64,000 nucleotides of DNA from NCBI GenBank assembly GCA_043809145.1, contig JAZDED010000014.1, forward strand, positions 1,695 to 65,694, read 5' to 3'. The notes beneath the pieces are model-generated. The model made no database searches, had not been told where the DNA came from, and was given only the letters and a program-made list of their open reading frames with translations. The translations under genes and the position numbers were made by a program. Source of the DNA: Candidatus Omnitrophota bacterium. GTDB lineage: Bacteria; Omnitrophota; Gorgyraeia; Gygaellales; Profunditerraquicolaceae. Positions 16,762 through 24,815 of the stretch are shown here, in pieces (the stretch's first letter is position 1; each line of letters starts with the position of its first letter).

Positions 16762-18480
16762 TCAATACTCCAGGGTAACAGAAATAGCTTCTTCCAACGA
16801 AGTCACTCCTTCTTCAACCTTCTGAATTGCAGAATCGCGTAAAGATTTCATACCTAGCAAACGCGCAGCATCCTTTATTTTTAAAGAAGAGGCTTTTTGG
16901 CCAATCAATTCTTTTATCTGTTGGGTGGCTATAATAATTTCGGAAATACAAATCCTGCCTAGATATCCAGTACTATTGCACTTGGAACACCCTTTGAGTT
17001 TATAAATCAAATCTGATTTTAATTTTAACTCTCCTAACTGCTGTGAGTTAGGCTCATAGGCCTCTTTGCAAGACGGGCATAATTTACGCACCAGCCTCTG
17101 GGCAATAACACAAATTAATGAGGGGGTCAAAAGATAAGATTCAATCCCTATATCCACCAGGCGAATAATTGCTGACGCAGCATCATTGGTATGAAGAGTG
17201 CTTAAAACAAGGTGGCCGGTTAAAGCTGAACGAATACAGATTTCTGCCGTCTCCAAATCCCTGATTTCACCTACCAGCATCACATTAGGATCCTGCCTTA
17301 AAAAACTTCTTAAGGCGCTGGCAAAGGTAAGCCCGATTTCCGGCTTAACTTGAACCTGATTAACTCCATCCATTTTATACTCCACAGGGTCTTCTACTGT
17401 AATAATATTCTTATCGGGAGTATTGATCTCGCTAAGCATTGCGTAAAGAGTTGTTGTTTTGCCGCTACCAGTCGGCCCGGTTACCAGGACGAGGCCAAAC
17501 GGCAAAGTTATGGCATGACGCAGCTGTTCAATCTGTTGGGCTTCAAAACCCATTTGATTTAGATTTAATACCACCTGGCTTTTATCCAGTATCCTCAATA
17601 CCACCTTTTCGCCATGAATTGTGGGAATTGTAGAAACTCTCAAGTCTATAACCCGATCATCAAGCCTGACTATGAATGCTCCATCCTGGGGCAGGCGCTT
17701 TTCAGCAATATCAAGTTTAGCCAGTATCTTTATACGAGAAATTATGGCTAGATAAAGTTGTTTTGCCGGAGGAGATACCTCGCATAATTTACCGTCTATG
17801 CGGTATCTGATGGATATTTTCTCCCTTAATGGCTCAATGTGAATATCTGAAGCCCGTTCGCCAATTGCCTGTTGAATAATCAAATCTACTAATTTAATTA
17901 CCGGCGCTTCTTCGGCGCTGGCAACTAACTTATCCAGGCTTAACTCTTCATCTAAGCCGCCTAAATCTTCAAATGAAATATCCCGCGAATCAATCTGATA
18001 ACTGGCATTTACCGCTTCTTTAAACATTGCGGATTTACCGTAGAAACTCTCGATGGCCATAGTAATGTCAGAGCGGGTGGTTATTACTGGGTTAATCTCG
18101 CAGGCAGTAATCTTCTTCAGGTTATCGATTAGTATGAGGTCTAAGGGATCAACCATTGCAATGGTTAAAGAACGCATATTCCTGGATAAAGGAAAAACCA
18201 AATTTTTAATTGCAAATTCATAAGGAACCAGGGTTTCTAGCCCCTGGTCAGTTGCCGGCTTAAGCATGCCAGTGCCCAATGAAAGATAAGGAATACCAAG
18301 TTGCATTCCTAAAACCTTAATCAATTCTTCTTCATTGACCAGGCCTAACTTAATGATAACCTCGCCTAAGCGTCCCCCTTCTTTCTTTTGATAAGCAATA
18401 GCTTCGGCTAACTGCCGCTCAGTAAGAATCTTTTCCTTAACCAGAATTTCGCCTAACCTTAAATATTTATCCCTGCCCAT
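16762..18480 (-). CDS. pilB: type IV pilus assembly ATPase (PilB/GspE family)
   Basis: 572 aa. N-terminal GspE-N/MshEN-like domain (LGEILVKEKILTERQLAEAIAYQK), Walker A GPTGSGKTTTL, and a C-terminal tetracysteine cluster (CPSC...CSKC). Confidence 0.9.
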   Translation of the reverse strand: MGRDKYLRLGEILVKEKILTERQLAEAIAYQKKEGGRLGEVIIKLGLVNEEELIKVLGMQLGIPYLSLGTGMLKPATDQGLETLVPYEFAIKNLVFPLSRNMRSLTIAMVDPLDLILIDNLKKITACEINPVITTRSDITMAIESFYGKSAMFKEAVNASYQIDSRDISFEDLGGLDEELSLDKLVASAEEAPVIKLVDLIIQQAIGERASDIHIEPLREKISIRYRIDGKLCEVSPPAKQLYLAIISRIKILAKLDIAEKRLPQDGAFIVRLDDRVIDLRVSTIPTIHGEKVVLRILDKSQVVLNLNQMGFEAQQIEQLRHAITLPFGLVLVTGPTGSGKTTTLYAMLSEINTPDKNIITVEDPVEYKMDGVNQVQVKPEIGLTFASALRSFLRQDPNVMLVGEIRDLETAEICIRSALTGHLVLSTLHTNDAASAIIRLVDIGIESYLLTPSLICVIAQRLVRKLCPSCKEAYEPNSQQLGELKLKSDLIYKLKGCSKCNSTGYLGRICISEIIIATQQIKELIGQKASSLKIKDAARLLGMKSLRDSAIQKVEEGVTSLEEAISVTLEY

Positions 18481-18506
18481 AATTTAAGTAAGTAGATTTT
18501 AAATGA

Positions 18507-20009
18507 CTATCTTGGTTTCTTGAATTTATCGAGGTTGGACTCGATAATATCGTATCTCTGCCTTGTATCATAAGGCCTGTTCTGCTCACGCTGGGGAATG
18601 TTTACTTTCCTACTACTGGCCTGAGCTAATGTAAAATGCGTATCCTTTACTATGCGCGGAGTAATAAAAACCAGAAGTTCACGGTCTCTATCTTTATCCT
18701 TGATATTACCCCTGAATAAAGCGCCAAGTAAAGGTATATCGCCCAAAATAGGAATCTTAATAACGGTATTAGATACTTCCCTGCGGATTAAACCTCCTAG
18801 TATTACCGTATCTCCATCCATAACCCTGACAACGGACTTAGTTGAACGCTCCTCTGGATCCTTTGCGGTTACCCCGGATAAAGTGCTAGTAGTGGTATCT
18901 TTGACGCTAGGATAGAGATACATAGTAACCTCCCCTGTTTCAATATTCACCTGGGGAGTAATCCTTAAAGATACCCCAGTCTCCATCCTCTCTGCAGAAG
19001 TTGTGGTTGTCCCTCCTGCTCCAGCATCATTGGTTACTGTTTCCTGGCCAACTGTCTCCAGGGTAGTAATCCTAATTTCAGCCGGCTCATTATTCATTGT
19101 TAATATACTAGGCCGGGCAAGATACTTGGTATCGGATTGTGTCCTTAAAAAACCAACCGCAGCTGTAAGGTCATAAGGAAAAGAAACTATGCCCTCAGTA
19201 AGATTTGACGCTATATCCGGCATAAATGAAGCCAGGGGAAACTGAGTGGAGCGCGCAGCTCCTGCCACAGTTATAGCAAAACGCGACATTCCCGTAACAT
19301 TAAATCCCATCTTGTCAACAGTATTCTTGCTGACATCCAACATCTCTACTTCAAGCATAACCTGAGGTTGTGGTATATCAAGCCGGGCAATAATTTCTTC
19401 AATAAAAGGAAAACGGTTAGGAACATCGGTTACGATAAGGCTATTTGACCGAGCATCTTCGCTAATCTTTCCGGTTTCACTAAGAACCTGGGATACAACG
19501 TCGACAATACTCGTGCCTGTATCAGAACTTCCCGATGTTTCTGCTGTGGTTGAAGTCGAGGTAGAGATAGATTGCAGATTATTTTCTAAATCCTTTTTTA
19601 TATTAGAGCTAGGAACACTATGGTATTTAAGATAAAAAACTTTGGTTTTAGTTTCAACTGCCGGTTTACCAAGATCTTTGACAATGAAAATATTGGATTC
19701 ATCATCTAAATCATACTCTAGGTTATTGGCTTTGAAAATCTTATCCATAGCCTCCTTTACGGAAACCTGATCAAGATAAAGAGAAATTTTCCTCTCCCTT
19801 ACAGACTCAGAGGCAATAAAATTCATACCAGACTGTATAGAGAATATTTTTAGAATATCATTAAGGTCAGCCAGTTGGAAATCCATCGATATTTTCTTGC
19901 TGGCATCAAAGAAGCTATTGTCTAACCCCTCCTTGGAATTGGCCCTGGGAATAGCGCAAACAATAAAAACTAAAAATGTCACTGCTAATATCCGCAATAA
20001 ATTTATCAT
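18507..20009 (-). CDS. pilQ: secretin (PilQ/GspD family)
   Basis: 500 aa with a signal peptide. Secretin C-domain block VVRVMDGDTVILGGLIRRE...IPILGDIPLLGALFR...ELLVFITPRIV. Confidence 0.9.
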   Translation of the reverse strand: MINLLRILAVTFLVFIVCAIPRANSKEGLDNSFFDASKKISMDFQLADLNDILKIFSIQSGMNFIASESVRERKISLYLDQVSVKEAMDKIFKANNLEYDLDDESNIFIVKDLGKPAVETKTKVFYLKYHSVPSSNIKKDLENNLQSISTSTSTTAETSGSSDTGTSIVDVVSQVLSETGKISEDARSNSLIVTDVPNRFPFIEEIIARLDIPQPQVMLEVEMLDVSKNTVDKMGFNVTGMSRFAITVAGAARSTQFPLASFMPDIASNLTEGIVSFPYDLTAAVGFLRTQSDTKYLARPSILTMNNEPAEIRITTLETVGQETVTNDAGAGGTTTTSAERMETGVSLRITPQVNIETGEVTMYLYPSVKDTTTSTLSGVTAKDPEERSTKSVVRVMDGDTVILGGLIRREVSNTVIKIPILGDIPLLGALFRGNIKDKDRDRELLVFITPRIVKDTHFTLAQASSRKVNIPQREQNRPYDTRQRYDIIESNLDKFKKPR

Positions 20010-20036
20010 TCCTTCCTCCTCCGGATTCTTCCGTAT

Positions 20037-20465
20037 TTAATTTCCAGAAGTCTCATTTTTCATAATATTATTTGGAGTCCTCGTATAAGTCCGCCCTTGA
20101 AACAAGAAAACAACACCTTCTTTATTTATATCTATAACCTGTAAACCTTCTCCTAGAACCTCTCCTATCGTCACTACCTTGTTGTTAATAATAGCGTACC
20201 CGCTCCCTTGACCCCAAACCAAACCATTTATATCAACGGCTGGCATAGCCTCTGAAGAGGGAATTTCCTGGCTTGTTTTCTCCTGCTCCGCCTTATTTTT
20301 AACTGATAAATAATCCGGAGCAAAGGGATCCCTGAATTCCTTGGAATCATATATAACCTTGGGTAATAATTCTTCTTTGGATTGGGCCTGTTGGACCAAT
20401 AAGCATGTAGTTCCTAGCAAAAAAATTATAAATAATATCAGCGCCTTCCTGTTTATTCCTATCAT
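20037..20465 (-). CDS. secreted/lipid-anchored pilus assembly protein, PilP-like
   Basis: 142 aa with a signal sequence. The C-terminal beta-domain pattern (GLVWGQGSGYAIINNKVVTIGEVLGEGLQVIDINKEGVVF) and the position between pilO and the secretin gene support the call. Confidence 0.45.
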   Translation of the reverse strand: MIGINRKALILFIIFLLGTTCLLVQQAQSKEELLPKVIYDSKEFRDPFAPDYLSVKNKAEQEKTSQEIPSSEAMPAVDINGLVWGQGSGYAIINNKVVTIGEVLGEGLQVIDINKEGVVFLFQGRTYTRTPNNIMKNETSGN

Positions 20466-20989
20466 TTTTCAGAAATAATAATAGTAGATAATCTCAAGTT
20501 AAAATTTAATCTGCCATCTCGGTCCTGGTCATTATTCCCTAAATTAATGCCCTCTACCGTAAAAAATTCCAAAGCATTCTCAAGGGCCTCTGCAAAACTC
20601 CCGATATTATGATAGTTAGCGGTAACCCCGCTTAACTCATAGAAGTATTTAGAAAATACCTCCATGTTTTGTTCTTGCGCAGGCTTTATATATATTACCT
20701 TGATTGAGTAATTCCTGGCAATTTTACCAATTATATTGATAATATTGGATACATCCTTTGTATTAACCACATCCTTATAGCCCTTGATCTCTGCAAGCAA
20801 CCGGCTTATATCCTGCATTAAATCATTCTTTTTTATCTCTATATCCTTGCGGCTTTTTAGTGATTCAACTTCTTTAGCTCCGTGATTATATAAATACTTG
20901 GATAAAAAAACAAAAATAATAATAAAAATAATATTTACAACAATCTTATTAAGTTTTCCCGGACTCGATCCAATTTTAAAATCCGCCAT
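20462..20989 (-). CDS. pilO: PilO-like pilus assembly protein
   Basis: 175 aa with a single TM, a coiled-coil segment and a C-terminal ferredoxin-like pattern (YELSGVTANYHNIGSFAEALEN). Position in the locus fits pilO. Confidence 0.6.
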   Translation of the reverse strand: MADFKIGSSPGKLNKIVVNIIFIIIFVFLSKYLYNHGAKEVESLKSRKDIEIKKNDLMQDISRLLAEIKGYKDVVNTKDVSNIINIIGKIARNYSIKVIYIKPAQEQNMEVFSKYFYELSGVTANYHNIGSFAEALENALEFFTVEGINLGNNDQDRDGRLNFNLRLSTIIISEK

Positions 20990-21010
20990 AATTAATACCC
21001 TTTTGTGAAA

Positions 21011-22561
21011 TTAATTTGTGCCCCTTATGGTAAATTTGCTTGCTAAAACATTAGAAAATACCGAAACGTAATCTAAAGAAACAATATTGATTTTACTAAA
21101 ATTCTTGCTTATTTCCGGGTTAGTTTTAAGATCAAGATAAAACTTTTCGATTGCTTGCCCCTCTTTGCCGTTATCCCCAAGATACACAAATCCGGATAAG
21201 GAAAAGGAATAAGATATGCCGTATTGGCGGTTAGGATCCTGCTGATAGCTAAAATCGGTTAAACGCATCTCCTTAGGGACAATGCGTGGAATAATCCTAA
21301 GCTGAGGAGTTAAAAGCACCCTCTTCTTTATTGCTTCGCTAATTTTATCCAATCTGTGTTTTTCGGAAGAATCGATAGCCAAGATCTCATCGTAACTGGC
21401 CTCAGAATTAATATTAGGAATCTGTATTCTAATTCCCAAGATGCCTTTTATCTCTTTATCCAATTCCATTTTCTGCTTATAGGTAAAGCCAAACGGAATA
21501 CCGACTATTAACAGCCCCAAAAATACGATAAGCGGATTAATTTTCAGGTTACTTACCAAATCCGCGGAAGTTAATGAAGCAGACTTTCCAGACTGAACTT
21601 TTTTACTGCGCACTAAGAAATTTGTCTTAGTCTCGACTTTAATTTTGCTATAAAGCGAAATACTATAGGCCTTGAGTAACCCCGAAGAATAAGGTATAGC
21701 CTTACCCATGTATTTACGGACATCTACAGCCTTTGCTAAAACCCCTTTTTCCTCTACTATTGACTCCATCTCTTTCTGATACTCATAAGGAGCAAGAAAA
21801 TAGAGTTTCTCGATCTTCTTATTTGAAAACTTCCTTTGGAAAAAGTCCAAAGATACTCTCAATTCCAAGGCAATTTTATCCAGAATCTCCGCGGCTGTCT
21901 CTTCTTTTCCTTCCAACTGGTCCTTCTCTTTACGAAATGTCATATCACGGCTGAATAAAGGAAACCCGTTCTGAAAAACAACGAAATTACTTTCGTCATC
22001 TTCTGAAAAATCCACATCCATGGTAGCAATTACACCTTTTGTTTTAGCCCCGGACAACTTTAACAGCCTAAAAAGGCTAAAAGCGGAATATTCCATAGTA
22101 AGCGTCTTAGCGCTAAGCTGCTCTATAATTCCGCTGTATCCATCCATCACCTCTTTTTTCAAGGCTGTAAAAAGGATTAAATTTTTGTTCAGACTTCTAT
22201 CCAAAGTGTATTGAAAATCAGAAATTAGATCTTCGGCTTTAAAAGGTATATATTTTTTAGCTTCCATATTTACCGCATCATCTACAAGTTCCCTGTAACT
22301 CAAGCTGCTTGGTAAATCAAAACTACGGATAATTAAATCCTTACCGCTGATAACTACCCCCATCTGTTTAGCCTGAATATTATTTTTACGCAATTCAGCG
22401 TTAATAAGGCCAACAGTTTTACTGGCTAGAGAAATATTATCCTCCATCTCCAATCCCGTATTACTAGGAGTAGGAATTTGAATGGAAGCAATTATCTTAT
22501 CTGCTGCGCTTTCAACTATACTGATTATCTTTGAACCAAAATAAATACCCAGAAACCCCAT
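21011..22561 (-). CDS. pilM: fused PilM (actin-like ATPase) - PilN-like protein
   Basis: 516 aa. The N-terminal ~330 aa are PilM-like, followed by one TM (LIVFLGLLIVGIPFGF) and a periplasmic PilN-like tail. Confidence 0.75.
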   Translation of the reverse strand: MGFLGIYFGSKIISIVESAADKIIASIQIPTPSNTGLEMEDNISLASKTVGLINAELRKNNIQAKQMGVVISGKDLIIRSFDLPSSLSYRELVDDAVNMEAKKYIPFKAEDLISDFQYTLDRSLNKNLILFTALKKEVMDGYSGIIEQLSAKTLTMEYSAFSLFRLLKLSGAKTKGVIATMDVDFSEDDESNFVVFQNGFPLFSRDMTFRKEKDQLEGKEETAAEILDKIALELRVSLDFFQRKFSNKKIEKLYFLAPYEYQKEMESIVEEKGVLAKAVDVRKYMGKAIPYSSGLLKAYSISLYSKIKVETKTNFLVRSKKVQSGKSASLTSADLVSNLKINPLIVFLGLLIVGIPFGFTYKQKMELDKEIKGILGIRIQIPNINSEASYDEILAIDSSEKHRLDKISEAIKKRVLLTPQLRIIPRIVPKEMRLTDFSYQQDPNRQYGISYSFSLSGFVYLGDNGKEGQAIEKFYLDLKTNPEISKNFSKINIVSLDYVSVFSNVLASKFTIRGTN

Positions 22562-22749
22562 TATTTGTCTCCGGTTTTAGCTGGTCTTCTCCGAGTCTTT
22601 ATCCAGGAATCAATTTCGCGGCGGTCAAACCTCCATACCCCACCCACCTTAATTCCTGAAATCTTCCCCTGATAAAGCCAGTTATATATAGTTTGTCTTT
22701 GCAAACGTAAATATTCAGCCAACTCATCAAGACTTATTAATTTTTGCAT
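22561..22749 (-). CDS. excisionase/MerR-type helix-turn-helix DNA-binding protein
   Basis: 62 aa; LDELAEYLRLQRQTIYNWLYQGKISGIKVGGVWRFDRREIDSWI matches the HTH_17/excisionase pattern. Its stop overlaps the pilM start (TAATG). Confidence 0.75.
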   Translation of the reverse strand: MQKLISLDELAEYLRLQRQTIYNWLYQGKISGIKVGGVWRFDRREIDSWIKTRRRPAKTGDK

Positions 22750-22790
22750 ATATATCTACCTTCCATACATATTCATCATAACATTTATAT

Positions 22791-22818
22791 TTAATACCAT
22801 ATTTATATATTTTGTCAA
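22791..22818 (-). promoter_or_regulatory. candidate sigma70-type promoter of the HTH-pilMNOPQ-pilBC operon
   Basis: Minus strand reads TTGACA-N16-TATTAA, 42 nt upstream of the ATG at 22749. A GGAAGG SD lies in between. Confidence 0.5.
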
Positions 22819-22960
22819 GTCTTTTTTTATATCAAGTAAAACATAGTACTATATATCTATCTAAACTTACTTATATTTTAGCGTAAGACGGTATTTAACT
22901 GATACTAGATATTATTATATTATAATAAACTTACTTATGTTATAATTTGATACGGTTGGC

Positions 22961-23398
22961 TTAAAACTGGGTGTAATTTGCAGTGACAAAGATTCTGGCA
23001 GTACCAAGACCTGCTGTAGCTGCAGTATCGCTGATATTGATGGATAGTTTACTTATAGATCGAGGAAGGGATAATGGCGCATCGTAACAATTTGATGGAA
23101 CGCCATCGCTATTGTCACATAATTCATAGACTATGTCCGGCGCTACAACTGTCCAATTGTTAACCCTTAATTGGTCAAAAACATAACTGACTCCCCCTAA
23201 AGCCGCATACAAAGCCTGAGTCCGCGCCAATTGATGCTTAACAATATGCCCTTGATTGAGCGCAGCGCTTAATAAAACATTTATTAAAACTAAAACTACA
23301 ATCAATACTGCCAAAGAAAAAAACAACATAATTCCTCTATTATTAGATAATATGGAAGATCTAAGCATTCTTTCTAAGGTTAATTTTGTAGTAACCAT
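22961..23398 (-). CDS. membrane-anchored PilX-N/GspK-like hypothetical protein (start uncertain)
   Basis: 145 aa. NNRGIMLFFSLAVLIVVLVLINVLLSAAL then ARTQALYAALGG resembles the PilX N-terminal domain. It overlaps the upstream gene by 38 nt if the first ATG is used; internal Met codons at 23368 or 23329 are alternative starts. Confidence 0.45.
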   Translation of the reverse strand: MVTTKLTLERMLRSSILSNNRGIMLFFSLAVLIVVLVLINVLLSAALNQGHIVKHQLARTQALYAALGGVSYVFDQLRVNNWTVVAPDIVYELCDNSDGVPSNCYDAPLSLPRSISKLSINISDTAATAGLGTARIFVTANYTQF

Positions 23399-23570
23399 TT
23401 ATCTGCTGTAATATAACATGCCCTTCGCGGGCTAACCACCCTAAACTCATTAACACAATATCTCGAGATTGTTTAGGTATACCAGTCAGGAGCTCCTGAA
23501 GCTCTGCTTCGCCGTGTTGATCCAAATAATGCCATATATCTCCGGCTACTATTCCAATTTCAGTTATCAT
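23361..23570 (-). CDS. small winged-helix protein (DUF2582-like)
   Basis: 69 aa; IVAGDIWHYLDQHGEAELQEL...IVLMSLGWLAREGHV. Strong SD AGGAGG 6 nt upstream of the start. Confidence 0.6.
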   Translation of the reverse strand: MITEIGIVAGDIWHYLDQHGEAELQELLTGIPKQSRDIVLMSLGWLAREGHVILQQINGYYKINLRKNA

Positions 23571-23588
23571 TTTCTACCTCCTGCTAAT

Positions 23589-23616
23589 ATTCTAAGATAA
23601 TAAGTCATCTTGTCAA
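23589..23616 (-). promoter_or_regulatory. candidate sigma70-type promoter
   Basis: Minus strand reads TTGACA-N16-TAGAAT immediately upstream of the AGGAGG SD of the 69-aa gene. Confidence 0.45.
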
Positions 23617-23729
23617 TATTTATTTAGAGTGCTAATAAGGCCAATCGAAAATTTAATGGATTCCTTCTCATGATTTAATCAGTATAATCAAAAAAACAAT
23701 TTATCCTATAACTTTTTTTAAAAAAAAAT

Positions 23730-24134
23730 TTATTGCTGATTTGTGGCTATATTTATCTGGGCTACTCCTAAATCCCTGCACATATCCCAAACCTCTACTA
23801 TCCTACCCAGGGATGCGCTCTTATCTGCTTTAATCAGTACTGAGGAATCTTTTATTTTGGATGTCTTGAGCAAAATCGCCTTCAGTTCCCGGGCATTGAC
23901 GATTTTGCCATTCAAATAGATTATGTTCTCACCTGAAACAATAATCTCTATATTTTCATAATTAATTACTTCGCTGGTAGTAGCCCTGGGAAGATTTATC
24001 TTTATTCCGGGCTGCATGATAAAACTCGAGGTTAACATAAAAAAGATAAGCAGCTGAAAGATTATATCTATTAAAGGCGCGATATCTATCTGCTTTAGCC
24101 CATATTCCAATTCCATATGTCTTTTAAATTTCAT
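23730..24134 (-). CDS. ExbD/TolR family biopolymer transport protein
   Basis: 134 aa with an N-terminal TM (IAPLIDIIFQLLIFFM) and a periplasmic domain. Sits downstream of the MotA/TolQ/ExbB gene. Confidence 0.85.
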   Translation of the reverse strand: MKFKRHMELEYGLKQIDIAPLIDIIFQLLIFFMLTSSFIMQPGIKINLPRATTSEVINYENIEIIVSGENIIYLNGKIVNARELKAILLKTSKIKDSSVLIKADKSASLGRIVEVWDMCRDLGVAQINIATNQQ

Positions 24135-24152
24135 CTTTAGTCCTCGTTAGAA

Positions 24153-24788
24153 TTATCTTTCGCTAAGGAAATTAACTAATTCTGTAGCGGCCTTTTCCAT
24201 TTCTATAATTGTAGCATTTACCCGGCTAACCAGATAATTGTACAAAACATACGTAGGTATTGCAACTACTAATCCCGCCACTGTAGTAAGCAAGGCTTCC
24301 CAGATACCTCCTGCCAGGTCGCCCGGCGATACCGGATGAAAGGTGGTTGATTTCATCTGAATCGTCTGAAAACAACGCACCATCCCCATAACTGTGCCCA
24401 ACAGACCCAACAAAGGAGAAATATGGGCTATACTAGCTAAAGTGGTCAGGTTTCTTTCTAATTTTGGTATCTCATATAAGGAAACATCCTCCATGGCCTC
24501 TCTTATCTGAGACTTGGGCTGGTTATGCTTTAATATCCCGGCCTTAAGAATCCTGGCTATTGGGCTATTGGTTTTATCACATAGCTTAGCCGCTTCCTTG
24601 GTTTCCCGGCTGCTCAGGCTATCAAATATCTTCTTTAAGAATTTCTGGGTATCTATCTTAATAGCATTTAGATGCCAGAACTTCTCCAGAACTATAGCCA
24701 GTGCAAAAATAGAACAAAATAATATTGGCCACATAATTGGCCCGCCGGTTAAGAACGTTTTCAATAAACTCATCCTATACAAATCCAT
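24153..24788 (-). CDS. MotA/TolQ/ExbB proton-channel family protein
   Basis: 211 aa with 3 TM segments. Conserved block LASIAHISPLLGLLGTVMGM...ALLTTVAGLVVAIP. Confidence 0.85.
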   Translation of the reverse strand: MDLYRMSLLKTFLTGGPIMWPILFCSIFALAIVLEKFWHLNAIKIDTQKFLKKIFDSLSSRETKEAAKLCDKTNSPIARILKAGILKHNQPKSQIREAMEDVSLYEIPKLERNLTTLASIAHISPLLGLLGTVMGMVRCFQTIQMKSTTFHPVSPGDLAGGIWEALLTTVAGLVVAIPTYVLYNYLVSRVNATIIEMEKAATELVNFLSER

Positions 24789-24815
24789 ACCGACCTCCTT
24801 TACTTACCATGGGTG

